A stretch of DNA of 64,000 nucleotides, taken from NCBI RefSeq assembly GCF_006345805.1, contig NW_021833285.1:29938-93937 (forward strand). The letters are read 5' to 3'. Below the pieces are notes generated by a model that searched no databases, was not told the origin of the DNA, and saw nothing but the letters and a program-made list of their open reading frames with translations. The DNA comes from Octopus sinensis. Taxonomy: Eukaryota. How positions within the stretch are numbered: position 1 is the first letter of the stretch; each line of letters begins with the position of its first letter. Below are positions 36,912 to 50,066 of this stretch, piece by piece. Made by a program: the position numbers and the translations under genes.

Positions 36912-36912
<1 letters not shown>
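33001..36912 (+). mobile_element. Near full-length R4/Dong-like RLE retrotransposon (subfamily 2, copy E), ~3.9 kb; single ORF broken into about six pieces
   Basis: N-terminus RNKWTREEYKEVIYAYY; RT motifs (YRPITCL, QKGCRRGSYGCKDQL, AWIDYKKAFDS, GIFQGDSLSPL, YMDDLK); MHHPKADVDRLY; CCHC motif CRFCNDMIETVDHLISGC; RLE motif PDIVVKD. The 3' UTR is followed by (TAA)n. The 5' boundary is approximate. Confidence 0.93.
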
Positions 36913-36959
<47 letters not shown>

Positions 36960-36960
<1 letters not shown>

Positions 36961-37452
36961 CTTGATAGAGGAAAAAATTGGTACGACCACAAACCCGAAG
37001 GTATCATCGGAAATGATAATGCAAAGATCCTGTGGGATTTATGATTCAGTGCGACCATGAGATAGAGAATAGGAAGCCAGACATAGTCTTGAGAAAGAAA
37101 ACAAACTATGCTGGATCATAGATATAGCATGCCCAGCTGATAATAAGGTATGCGGTAAGTAAGAAAGAAAAGTCGATAGATATGACAGGTTAGCTTGAGA
37201 GGTTTAGCAGATGTGGTCGATAAAAAAGGTAGTAGTAGTACCAATAATTGTCAGAGCCCTGGGAACAGTGAGTAAAAATCTTGAGAAGTACGTGGAACAA
37301 ATAGGAGCTACAATAAGGGTGGAGCACTTGCAGAAAAAAGCACTGCTTGGAACCACTCGAATACTCCGGAAGGTGCTCGGAAAATAAGAGGTGTTACCTT
37401 AGTTCACTGGTAGTGAACAGCTGACACCGTAGTACATATCCAGCGTTAGAAG
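36960..37452 (+). mobile_element. R4/Dong-like 3' fragment (fourth 3'-UTR type), decayed
   Basis: WYDHKPEGIIGNDNAKILWD...DHEIENRKPDIV...IDIACP...VVPIIVRALG...LLGTTRILRKVL. Starts directly after the (TAA)n tail of copy E. Confidence 0.8.
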
Positions 37453-37489
37453 CTGTGCAAAGAGAATGATAATAAGGAAGAAAAACAAA

Positions 37490-37793
37490 AATACAATCCC
37501 TTAAAGTTTGAAATGGGAAGAATTTGGAGTATGCGAACAGTAAAGGTCGTGCTTATAATTGGTGCACTGGAAACAGTAAACCAAGGTATAGACAAATGGC
37601 TGAAGGAGATTGAAATAGAATGCCCGGTAGAGCTTCTACAGAAAGTTTTGTCTCTTAGGGACAGCAAGGAAAATCAGGAGGTTCTGAGCAGTTGAAAGAC
37701 TACTGAAAACGTGTGGATACCTAAGGTTACGGGTGATAATCCGCTACCCAGATAAATCCTACCAGGAATAAGACCGAACCTGAGCCAAACCAA

Positions 37794-37795
<2 letters not shown>
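37490..37795 (+). mobile_element. R4/Dong-like extreme 3' fragment (distinct 3' UTR)
   Basis: IWSMRTVKVVLIIGALETVNQGIDKWLKEIEIECPVELLQKV, followed by a UTR and (TAA)n. Confidence 0.72.
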
Positions 37796-37847
<52 letters not shown>

Positions 37848-38101
37848 TGGGCTTCGTATATTTGTACCCTGAGGAATTTTGAGCGGGATGGGCTACTTGA
37901 CCTAAAGAAAATTTGAATAGGGCTCCTCGTGCAAGGTCTTGTACTATTTATCTTGATATGAGATCATCATGTGACGCACATATGGTTATGATGCATGTGC
38001 TTGGTGTACTCTTATCAGACGGGTAGTCATGGCGGATATACTGGGCTTCGTATATTTGTACCCCAGTGTTACTTTGTTGGCATGCGCTGCTCTCTTACTC
38101 C
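37848..38101 (+). mobile_element. 5'-truncated second copy of the (TAA)n-tailed non-coding repeat
   Basis: Matches 31175-31402; flanked by (TAA)n. Its first ~22 nt duplicate tgggcttcgtatatttgtaccc at 38042-38063. Confidence 0.75.
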
Positions 38102-38142
<41 letters not shown>

Positions 38143-38144
38143 CC

Positions 38145-38328
38145 CTTTCTACTATAGGCACAGGCCCTGAAATTTTAGGGCGAGTGGTCTTGTCGATTAC
38201 ACCGACTCACTTCTTAAGTAGTACTTATTTTATCATTCACCAAATGATGACAGGCAAAGTCGGCTTCAGTGGTTTTTTAATTCAGAACGCAAAGAAACGA
38301 AAAGAATCGTGCTAATCATAAGAAAGTT

Positions 38329-38387
<59 letters not shown>

Positions 38388-39106
38388 TGGGCAATATCTA
38401 CACTGGCTAGTAGTAGTAGTTATGTGAAGGAGCGTCCAATTTTAAATGAAACCCAGTTTTATGTAATCTTAAGTGAGCCGAGAATGAGAGGAAAGGAAAA
38501 AGGAAAGGTGTTGAAACTAATCTAAGTTAAAGAAACGGTTTTGTGTTCATAGATTTCCTCTACTCTTGGCTGTTGCTAAAGTTGTTGTTGCTGTTGTTGT
38601 TGTTGTTCTTGCAGATTTTGCAGAGTAATATTGGAAAAGACGAAAAAAAAGGCAGAAAAAAGAAAATAAGCAAAATGAAATGAATCAAGTAAAGAACGGA
38701 AGAGAAAATGATTTTGTTTTGGGAATCTGATTTGGTAAATTTCGAAAATGAAGAATTTCCTTTTGAATTTTCGTTAGGAAATTAACAGGTGTGAAGAATA
38801 ACTAAAACGTTTATGTGAGAAACATAACAAGAACGACGACAACAACAACAATAATAATCCTTTTTATTATAGGCACAAGGGCTGAAATTTTGAGGGGAGG
38901 GGACTAGTCGGCTTCATTGATCCCAGTGTTTCACCGATACTAATTGTATCGAACCCGAAAGGATGAAAGGCAAAGTCGACCTCGCTGGCTTTGATCTCAG
39001 AGCCTGAATGCAGACGAAATACCGCTAAGCATTTTCCCCCCGCGTGAACACGATTCTGCCAACTTGCCGCCTTAATAATAGTAATTGTAATAATAATAAT
39101 AACAAC

Positions 39107-39145
<39 letters not shown>

Positions 39146-39270
39146 CCTTTCTACTATAAGCACAAAGCCTGAAATTTGGTGGGAAGAGTTAAGTCGTTTT
39201 CATCGACCCTAGTACTCCACTGTTACTTAATTTATCGATCCTGAGAGGATGAAAGTCGACCTTGGCTCAC
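38145..39270 (+). mobile_element. Cluster of three SINE copies (38145-38320, 38868-39075, 39155-39270)
   Basis: Each begins (a)taggcacaagg(c)ctgaaattt after an (AAT)n tract and contains atcgacc...aggatga..gcaaagtcg. Confidence 0.75.
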
Positions 39271-39299
39271 TTCGGGTAATTTTGGGTAAACTCCCCGGA

Positions 39300-40800
39300 T
39301 TACTCTGCCATGACCAGGGCCTAGCAAAGTGTTTTTTTTTCCAGTTTCTTTCCTCTTACTCAGAGTCGAACCATTCAGTCTCACCAGTCTTGCCACTCTG
39401 GTCCACCTTTCTATAAACACACTAGATGGCAACACCCCCACATCTCTGCCGTCATTGCCACAAGGACAACATGCGAGGAACCATCACAAGAACAAGTCAC
39501 GAAACTGTGATGAAGCGAGTCCGGGCAACATGCGTGCAAAACATCAATACAAACAACATATGCGTTACACTTCTATAACGAGACAGCTTCTTGGGAAGAA
39601 ACAGAAGAACGACACAGATCTAGGGTGACCTTTATTGTTTTGGCAAGTACTCTCTCCGAGAATAGGCCCAGTCACTAGGGCCATTTAATTAAATTTTACA
39701 GGAAGTGACCCACGACGCAGGTTGGCATGGACGTACTTCTGCGTATGCCATGTTGCAAGCCTACCGAATTGTTCTGGTTAATGCATACTTCTGGGACCAT
39801 TTCATATGCCTTCCATTTCATACTGACCCTGTTGACTTCTGTGGGGTTCTAGTACTGTGATGGCGACACTGTCCAATACGGAGGCGATTACATCGTTTTC
39901 CTCTGCCAAAATAGCTCTTGCGTTTCATTTCGAAGACCTCTAACTTCCGCAGCAACTGTTCAATAGTTTAAAGCGTACTGGTAGTCATGAGAGAAGAAAC
40001 CCTTACCGGACCGAGATTCGAAACTGTTAATGTAAGTGATTATATATTCTGACCAATAACTATTCCAGCCTCTGAAAACAAAGGACCGAATTGGTTCCCC
40101 TGAGGTCGTCTGCTAAGAACCGATGGTCGACCCAATTGAAACTTTTGATTGATCCAAGCAGATCAGAAACCCACTGAAAGAAGTCTTGTTACTAAACTTC
40201 TCTACAACGTGACATGGGCGGGGAAGTTATCATGAATAGATCTGCTGGGAACCATACATATATCCTCAATCCCGACCACATTACAGACGACATATATTGA
40301 TATCTTTGTGAGAATGTTAGAAAAAATTTAAAACTGCATTCAGCAGACTAATGCATCGCTTACTTCCATAACGGGTAGCGGTTCCACTTGCCAACGTTAT
40401 TGGGAATGTTCCTAGTCTGCTTCAAATTACGATATGCGACTGCCAAGAGAGCGACTAAAAAATTTGGCATGTATCCATTAAACTTATAAGGCAGATCATC
40501 CAAACCAGGTGATGTGTTCTTTGCACAATCATTCACCTCTAACTGTCTCACAGTTGCCATAAGCAGTTTTTTCGCAACCCTGCACCGCTCCAGGCCGTCG
40601 AAGTAAGCACTAATGGCAACCATCCCAAAACACCGACCACGTCTTACTCCAAACATTTGGCTTCTCGCGAAAGCAGCATCCTGTTCTAACAACTGGTCTT
40701 TTATTTCGTGCTAATTCTATGGCTTTCATCTACCTTCCATCAAATTTACTTGAAGTCTGGAACTCGCCCTCCATCCTCACTTCTTATTATAAATGATATA
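39300..40800 (-). mobile_element. Highly decayed L1/Tx1-like LINE fragments
   Basis: NTSPGLDDLPYKF...LLAVAY...IP resembles the Tx1 RT N-terminus (SPGxDGLPxEFY). SSVFIERWTRVARLVRLNG resembles a Tx1 ORF2 C-terminus. Confidence 0.45.
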
Positions 40801-42329
40801 TGAAGCTGATGATGGCATGATTGGAGGGACAGACTCCTGCTTTCGAGCATTTCACAAGAGTCTTTTGCCGAGGCCACCATTGCAAACATTGAGTTTTGCA
40901 TTAAACAGGGGAAACAAACAGAAACACAGAATTAAACAATCCTTCATTTCTAACATTAGCAGAAAGCCACGTGCTGGGGGCTTTAAAAAGTCAATTAACT
41001 AGACCCCATTACATTACTGGTACTTATGATGTTTACTGTTTACAGGATAAAAAGCTCTGGCTGCTGCTATACATTTATAGTCGAATAGACTATATATATA
41101 TAGGGTCATAATGCTAGTTTGGTATGAATTTGTTAAATTAAAAATTTGGGGTATTAAAACATACAATGCCATATTAAAAAGACGAATTAAAATTCCAGAG
41201 AAAAATACATAGAAGATAAATATACAAATTTACAAAAATATATAAAAGTTCATCAATTAATATGAAACATATCATATATTTAAAATTGACACTCTCCTCG
41301 TCAGGATGTTTTTTACACACAACACATAGTACACAGAAACAAATGCACAATTACATACCTGCTACATGCGAAAGACCAGACATTACGTACTCCCCAAAAT
41401 TCTCATAGATACTGAATGCTACTTTATAAGCATATAATTCAATCTAGCAGCTATAGTAAATGGCATGCGCACAGCTCCATCTGGACTAATTCACCTCTGC
41501 ACTCAATTAAATTTTTAATCTTTTAATTTCTCCCATTCATGCAAAGCCACATATTCGAGTTCAAGTCCTTGATACATTTTATACTAATTGCTATTTTTTC
41601 TTTTAATTGTTATATTACGATTTAATTACCATACTTTAGTTTTATTTTAATCACTACTTACTATACTCTTTTACTCTTTTACTTGTTTCGGTCATGTGAC
41701 TGTGGCCATGCTGGAGCACCTCCTTTAGTCGATCAAATCGACCCCAGGACTTATTCTTTGTAAGCCTAGTACTTATTTTATCGGTCTCTTTTTGCCGCAC
41801 CGCTAAGTTAGAGGGACGTAGACACACCAGCATCGGTTGTCAAGCGATGTTGGGGAGGGGGGAGGGGGACAAACGCAGACAAACACGCACGCGCACACAC
41901 ACAATTTTTTTTATAGAAAGAGAGAGAGAGAGAAATAGCGCGAGAGAAGCAGTTACGGTCACGTGATGCAGAGGAATGTTGAGTGTCGCGTGAAGATCCT
42001 TTGGATGATCTCTCAAACACCATAAAGTGTGTTGGGTGATTTTGAGAGAAACAAATAAAAACAACACTCAAGCTACGTCCCTACAGCGCCATCTTCAGAC
42101 GAACACCATCAACCAGTTGTTTCCAGCATTCTCTCACTCTCTCTCTTGCATTGCTCTTGGCCGGTGAATCTTCAGTAAAGCTCAGTTTTCGACCAGTTGC
42201 TCAATAGATATTCTGACAGGACGACCTCTATGCTCTTTTTTCCCTGTGTTGGTTTTCGCATTAACACTTGACTCACTATGGCCCCTTCACTACGAAGGCA
42301 CTGTCCACATAACGGCAGTGTTCTTCCCT

Positions 42330-42620
42330 TTATAACGGATGACTTATTTCGAGTAACATCGGAAACCATGCTCTTATACGGCTGCACTAGATGAACTCTA
42401 AGGCATTGGACAGAAAACTAGACGGAACGTAGGCAACACTTCTGAGAGCAGCAACAGTAAATCTTCCAAGAGTTATCTCCACGCAACATAAGATATTCGC
42501 GGAGTCTGTGCGTCGTGTGAAAGAGCTTGTTTTAGAAGTTGAACTTTCAAGCATTGCAGGATCCATTCTATGATTTTGAACGTTTGTGAACTTCAGACGA
42601 ACAGATTTTTGTGGTCGAAG
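42330..42620 (+). mobile_element. Decayed RTE-like LINE fragment (mirrored at ~48545-48835, -)
   Basis: LLYGCTR*TL-KALDRKLDGT*ATLLRAATVN resembles the RTE-clade motif LLYGxExWTLT...KLDGxYTRxLR. Confidence 0.45.
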
Positions 42621-42967
42621 ACTAACTACCACTCGACTCTGCTCGAGCAACTATATTATGTATACGTGGTTATCTCATTTACTAGAAATAGCAGCCGAAT
42701 CTCCTTCAAATCATTCCCCCACTGAATAAAATATTAGATAAGGATGTGTTACACATAAATGGATCTCCGACTATTTCCATGTTAAGTATTTCCAAGGAAA
42801 CTTAAGGAAACTTTCGTAAATTAAGCTGTGTTGCCACTGTTTATCACCCTGGGTGTACCTACATACAGTCGGGTAGATTCGATCTTACTGGTTAAGAGTC
42901 CTGTTCTTCATTACAGATATGACATCACCGCGTTAAGGACTCGACCTCGCCATTGGTTCCTGCCCGT

Positions 42968-44245
42968 CATTTCCTCCTCTTTCTTTCCTTCTTCCTTTCT
43001 TTTTTCCATCTTTCTTTCCATCTTTCCTTTCTTTATTTCTTTATTTCTTTCTTCCTTCCTTCTTCCTTTATTTCTTTCTTTCTTTCTTCCTTCTTTCTTT
43101 CTTTTCTTTCTTTCTTTCTTCTTTTCTTTCTTTCCATCTTTTTTTAAATCTTTCTTTCTTTCTTCCTTTCTTTCTTTCTTTCTTTCTGTCTTTCTTTTCT
43201 TTCTTTCTTTTCTTTCTTTATTTCTTTATTTCTTTCTTGTTTCTTTCTTTCTTTATTTCTTTCTTGTTTCTTTCTTTCTTTCTTTCTTTCTTTTCTTCCT
43301 TCCTTCCTTCCTTCTTTCTTACTTTCTTTCTTTCTTTCTTTCTTTCTTCCTTTCTTTTTTTCTTTTCTTCCTTCCTTCCTTCTTTCTTTCTTTCTTTCTT
43401 TCTTCCTTTCTTTCTTTATTTCTTCCTTCCTTCCTTCTTTCTTTCTTTCCTTCCTTTTTCTTTCTTTCTTCTTTTCTTTTTCCATCTCTTTTTAAAATCT
43501 TTCTCTTTCTTTTCCTTTTTTCTTTCTGTCTTTCTTTCCTTCTTTCTTTTCTTTCTTCTTCTTCTTTCTTTATTTCTTTCTTCTTCTTTCTTCCTTTTTC
43601 TTCTTTCTTTCTTTCTTTTCTTTCTTCTTCTTTCTTTCTTCTTTCTTCTTCTTCCTTTCTTTCTTTCTTTCTTCTTTCTTCTTTTTTCTTTTCTTCCTTC
43701 CTTCCTTCTTTCTTTCTTTCTTTCTTTTTTTTTCTTCCTTCCTTCCTTCTTCTTTTCTTTCCTTCCTTTTTCTTTCTTTTCTTTCTTTCTTCTTCTTTTC
43801 TTTCTTTCCATCTTTTTTTCAATCTTCTTTCTTCTTTCTTTCTTTCTGTCTTCTTTCTTTTCTTTTCTTTCTTCTTTCTTCCTTCCTTCTTTCTTCTTTC
43901 TTTCTTTCTTTCTTCCTTCTTTCTTTTCTTTCGTCTTTCTTTTCTTTCTTTCTTTTCTTTCTTTCTTTCTTTATTTATTCTTTTTCCTTCTTTCTTCCTT
44001 CTTTCTTTCTTCTTCTTTCTTTTCTTCCTTCCTTCTTTCTTTCTTTTCTTTCTTTCTTTCTTCTTTCTTCTTTCCATCTTTTTTTAAATCTTTCTTTCTT
44101 TCTTCCTTTCTTTCTTTCTGTCTTTCTTTTCTTTCTTTCTTTCTTTCTTTACTTTCTTTCCTTCTTTCTTTCTTTCCATCTTTCTTTCCTTCTTTCTTTC
44201 TTTTCTTTCTTCCTTTCTTTCTTTTCTTTCTTCCCTTTCTTTTCT

Positions 44246-44292
<47 letters not shown>

Positions 44293-44319
44293 CTCTCTCA
44301 CTCTTTCTCTCTCTCTCTT

Positions 44320-44350
<31 letters not shown>

Positions 44351-44390
44351 TTCTTTTATCACCGTCTCTCTCTCCCTCCCTCCCTCCTCT
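42968..44390. repeat. ~1.4-kb pure polypyrimidine/polypurine tract ((CTT)n/(CTTT)n mix); mirrored at ~46790-48195
   Basis: Seen directly. The 400-500 aa F/S/L or K/R/E ORFs here are artefacts. Confidence 0.97.
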
Positions 44391-45517
44391 CCAATACAAT
44401 GCTACCAATTGTTTTGTATGTGGCAGCGTGTTTCTTACGTCAGAGACTTAAGTCTGATAAATTTATTTTTAATTAAAAGAAATAACGAATGTCTGAAGGT
44501 AGCGGTGGTAGTGGAATGTCGCATCTCGCAGACGAATGAATCATCATCATCATTATCACGACGACGACCACCACCACCACCGCCGCCGCCGCGGCTACCA
44601 CCGTCGTCAACATCATCATCATCATCATCATCATCACCACATCCACCTCCCCACCACAACCACCACCATCGTCATCATCCTCGATACACTCACACATTCT
44701 TAAGTAGATGATACATGCCCATCCATGCTTGTGACTCTCCTATTTATGCATGGTGGTCATCTGTCCGAAACCCGAACATCTGACCCCGCTAACAACGGCC
44801 TCAGCGACATTCTTCAATGAAGACAAAAACAAGCTTCAACAGTGAAGATACAAACACGATCACATCATTCATAGATCAAAGCATTATATTCTTTAGTTAT
44901 GGACAATGTACACACACAAATAGACACATACATACATACATACACACATGCATACATACATACATACATACATACATACATACACACATGCATACATACA
45001 TACATACATACATACATACATACATACATACATACATACATACATGCACACATGCATACATACATACATACATACATACATACATACATCAATACATACA
45101 TACTACATGCACACATGCATACATACATACAACTACATACATACATACATACATACATACATACATACATACACACATGCATACATACATACATACATAC
45201 ATACATACATACATACATACATACATACATACATGCACACATGCATACATACATACATACATACATACATACATACAACAATACCCTGTTGTTGATGTTG
45301 AAATTACAATGAAGGAGCCTTGAATCTAGTTTAGAAACTGGCTCTTTCCCTATAGGCAAGAAATCTTGAAATAAAACTGAATAATGACATGCATATATAC
45401 ATAAGTAAATATCGGCCTCTTTTGCCGAACTGCTAAGTTACGGGGACGTAAACACACCAACATCGGTTGCCAGGAGATGTTGAGTGGGGCAAACACAGAC
45501 ACACAATACTGCATATA

Positions 45518-45584
<67 letters not shown>

Positions 45585-45599
45585 TACATATATATATAT

Positions 45600-45655
<56 letters not shown>

Positions 45656-46888
45656 ATATATATATATGCAGTATTGTGTGTCTGTGTTGCCACCACTCAA
45701 CATCTCCTGGCAACCGATGTTGGTGTGTTTTACGCGTCCCCGTAACTTAGCAGTTCGGCAAAAGAGGCCGATATTTACTTATGTATATATGCATGTCATT
45801 ATTCAGTTTTATTTCAAGATTTCTTGCCTATAGGGAAAGAGCCAGTTTCTAAACTAGATTCAAGGCTCCTTCATTGTAATTTCAACATCAACAACAGGGT
45901 ATTGTTGTATGTATGTATGTATGTATGTATGTATGTATGCATGTGTGCATGTATGTAGTATGTATGTATGTATGTATGTATGTATGTATGTATGTATGTA
46001 TGCATGTGTGTATGGTATGTATGTATGTATGTATGTATGTATGTATGTAGTTGTATGTATGTATGCATGTGTGCATGTAGTATGTATGTATTGATGTATG
46101 TATGTATGTATGTATGTATGTATGTATGCATTTGTGCATGTATGTATGTATGTATGTATGTATGTATGTATGTATGTATGTATGTATGTATGCATGTGTG
46201 TATGTATGTATGTATGTATGTATGTATGTATGCATGTGTGTATGTATGTATGTATGTGTCTATTTGTGTGTGTACATTGTCCATAACTAAAGAATATAAT
46301 GCTTTGATCTATGAATGATGTGATCGTGTTTGTATCTTCACTGTTGAAGCTTGTTTTTGTCTTCATTGAAGAATGTCGCTGAGGCCGTTGTTAGCGGGGT
46401 CAGATGTTCGGGTTTCGGACAGATGACCACCATGCATAAATAGGAGAGTCACAAGCATGGATGGGCATGTATCATCTACTTAAGAATGTGTGAGTGTATC
46501 GAGGATGATGACGATGGTGGTGGTTGTGGTGGGGAGGTGGATGTGGTGATGATGATGATGATGATGATGATGTTGACGACGGTGGTAGCCGCGGCGGCGG
46601 CGGTGGTGGTGGTGGTCGTCGTCGTGATAATGATGATGATGATTCATTCGTCTGCGAGATGCGACATTCCACTACCACCGCTACCTTCAGACATTCGTTA
46701 TTTCTTTTAATTAAAAATAAATTTATCAGACTTAAGTCTCTGACGTAAGAAACACGCTGCCACATACAAAACAATTGGTAGCATTGTATTGGAGAGGAGG
46801 GAGGGAGGGAGAGAGAGACGGTGATAAAAGAAAGAAAGAGAGAGAGAAAGAGAGAGAGAGAAAGAGAGAGAGAGAAAGAGTGAGAGAG

Positions 46889-46935
<47 letters not shown>

Positions 46936-49900
46936 AGAAAAAGAAAGGAAGAAAGAAAAGAAAGAAAGGAAGAAAGAAAAGAAAGAAAGAAGGAAAAAGA
47001 TGGAAAGAAAGAAAGAAGGAAAAGAAAGTAAGAAGAAGAAAAGAAAGAAAAGAAAGACAGAAAGACAGAAAGAAAAAAAGGAAGAAAGAAAGAAAGATTT
47101 AAAAAAAGATGGAAAGAAGAAAGAAGAAAGAAAGAAGAAAAGAAAGAAAGAAGGAAGGAAGAAAGAAAGAAGAAGAAAGAAAGAAGGAAGAAAGAAGGAA
47201 AAAGAATAAATAAAGAAAGAAAGAAGAAAAGAAAGAAGAAAAGAAAGACGAAAGAAAGAAAGAAGGAAGAAAGAAAGAAAGAAAGAAGAAAGAAGGAAGG
47301 AAGAAAGAAGAAAGAAAAAAGAAAGAAAGAAGACAGAAAGAAAGAAAGAAGAAAGAAGATTGAAAAAAAGATGGAAAGAAAGAAAAGAAGAAGAAAGAAG
47401 AAAAGAAAGAAAAAGGAAGGAAAGAAAGAAGAAGGAAGGAAGGAAGAAAAAAAAAGAAAGAAAGAAAGAAAGAAGGAAGGAAGGAAGAAAAGAAAAAAGA
47501 AGAAAGAAGAAAGAAAGAAAGAAAGGAAGAAGAAGAAAGAAGAAAGAAAGAAGAAGAAAGAAAAGAAAGAAAGAAAGAAGAAAAAGGAAGAAAGAAGAAG
47601 AAAGAAATAAAGAAAGAAGAAGAAGAAAGAAAAGAAAGAAGGAAAAGAAAGACAGAAAGAAAAAAAGGAAAAGAAAGAGAAAGATTTTAAAAAGAGATGG
47701 AAAAAAGAAAGAAGAAAGAAAGAAAAAGGAAGGAAAGAAAGAAAGAAGGAAGGAAGGAAGAAATAAAGAAAGAAGGAGAAGAAAGAAGAAAGAAAGAAAG
47801 AAGGAGGAAGAAGAAAGAAAAAGAAAGGAAGAAAGAAAGAAAGAAAGAAAAGAAAGTAAGAAAGAAGGAGGGAAGGAAGGAAGAAAAGAAAAAAGAAAGA
47901 AAGAAAAACAAGAAAGAAAGAAAGAAAGAAAGAAACAAGAAAGAAAGAAAGAAAGAAAGAAGAAAAGAAAAAAGAAAAGAAAGACAGAAAGAAGAAAGAA
48001 AGAAAGGGAGAAGAAAAGAAAGATTTAAAAAAAGATGGAAAGAAAGAAAAGAGAAAGAAAGAAGAAAAGAAAGAAAGAAGAAGAAAAGAAAGAAATAAAG
48101 GAAGAAGGAAGGAAGAAGAAGAATAAAGAAATAAAGAAAGAAAGATGGAAAGAAAGATGGAAAAAAAAAGGAAGAAGGAAAGAAAGAGGAGGAAATGACG
48201 GGCAGGAACCAATGGCGAGGTCGAGTCCTTAACGCGGTGATGTCATATCTGTAATGAAGAACAGGACTCTTAACCAGTAAGATCGAATCTACCCGACTGT
48301 ATGTAGGTACACCCAGGGTGATAAACAGTGGCAACACAGCTTAATTTACGAAAGTTTCCTTAAGTTTCCTTGGAAATACTTAACATGGAAATAGTCGGAG
48401 ATCCATTTATGTGTAACACATCCTTATCTAATATTTTATTCAGTGGGGGAATGATTTGAAGGAGATTCGGCTGCTATTTCTAGTAAATGAGATAACCACG
48501 TATACATAATATAGTTGCTCGAGCAGAGTCGAGTGGTAGTTAGTCTTCGACCACAAAAATCTGTTCGTCTGAAGTTCACAAACGTTCAAAATCATAGAAT
48601 GGATCCTGCAATGCTTGAAAGTTCAACTTCTAAAACAAGCTCTTTCACACGACGCACAGACTCCGCGAATATCTTATGTTGCGTGGAGATAACTCTTGGA
48701 AGATTTACTGTTGCTGCTCTCAGAAGTGTTGCCTACGTTCCGTCTAGTTTTCTGTCCAATGCCTTAGAGTTCATCTAGTGCAGCCGTATAAGAGCATGGT
48801 TTCCGATGTTACTCGAAATAAGTCATCCGTTATAAAGGGAAGAACACTGCCGTTATGTGGACAGTGCCTTCGTAGTGAAGGGGCCATAGTGAGTCAAGTG
48901 TTAATGCGAAAACCAACACAGGGAAAAAAGAGCATAGAGGTCGTCCTGTCAGAATATCTATTGAGCAACTGGTCGAAAACTGAGCTTTACTGAAGATTCA
49001 CCGGCCAAGAGCAATGCAAGAGAGAGAGTGAGAGAATGCTGGAAACAACTGGTTGATGGTGTTCGTCTGAGATGGCGCTGTAGGACGTAGCTTGAGTGTT
49101 GTTTTTATTTGTTTCTCTCAAAATCACCCAACACACTTTATGGTGTTCGAGAGATCATCCAAAGGATCTTCACACGACACTCAACATTCCTCTGCATCAC
49201 GTGACCATTAACTGCTTCTCGCGCTATTTCTCTCTCTTTCTATAAAAAAAAATTGTGTGTGTGTGCGTGCGTGTTTGTCTGCGTTTGTCCCCCCCCCCAA
49301 CATCGCTTGACAACCGATGCTGGTGTGTCTACGTCCCTCTAACTTAGCGGTGCGGCAAAAAGAGACCGATAAAATAAGTACTAGGCTTACAAAGAATAAG
49401 TCCTGGGGTCGATTTGATCGACTAAAGGAGGTGCTCCAGCATGGCCACTCACATGACGAAACAAGTAAAAGAGTAAAGAGTATAGTAAGTAGTGATTAAA
49501 ATAAAACTAAAGTATGGTAATTAAATCGTAATATAACAATTAAAAGAAAAAATAGCAATTAGTATAAAATGTATCAGGACTTAACTCGAATATGTGGCTT
49601 TGCATGAATGGGAGAATTAAAGATTAAAAATTTAATTGAGTGCAGAGGTGAATTAGTCCAGATGGAGCTGTGCGCATGCATTTACTATAGCTGCTAGATT
49701 GAATTATATGCTTATAAAGTAGCATTCAGTATCTATGAGAATTTTGGGGAGTACTTAATGTCTGGTCTTTCGCATGTAGCAGGTATGTAATTGTGCATTT
49801 GTTTCTGTGTACTATGTGTTGTGTGTAAAAAAACATCCTGACGAGGAGAGTGTCAATTTAAATATATGATATGTTTCATATTAATTGATGAACTTTTTTA

Positions 49901-50027
49901 TATATTTTTTGTAAATTTGATATATTTATCTTCTATGTATTTTTCTCTGGAATTTTAATTCGTCTTTTAATATGGCATTGTAATGTTTTAATACCCCAAA
50001 TTTTTTAATTTAACAAATTCATACCAA

Positions 50028-50066
50028 ACTAGCACTATGACCCGGCAACGCCGGGTCATAATGCTA

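Larger units (their letters stand above)
41103..50043. repeat. ~8.9-kb inverted duplication (two ~4.4-kb arms around a ~155-bp (TA)n spacer at 45513-45667)
   Basis: Mirror ORFs, e.g. 44409-44711(+) vs 46472-46774(-) and 42387-42650(-) vs 48515-48778(+). Symmetry can be followed base by base out to gggtcataatgctagtttggtatg (41103) and cataccaaactagcactatgaccc (50043). Confidence 0.97.

Noticed and set aside
44817-46366. HTYI/MYVC repeat ORFs
   Set aside because: Translations of (TACA)n, mirrored by the palindrome. The same applies to the many (TA)n, (CA)n and (TCTA)n ORFs elsewhere.
42828-48337. Long ORFs of 200-500 aa (F/S/L-rich or K/R/E-rich)
   Set aside because: They are translations of stop-free CT/GA microsatellite.
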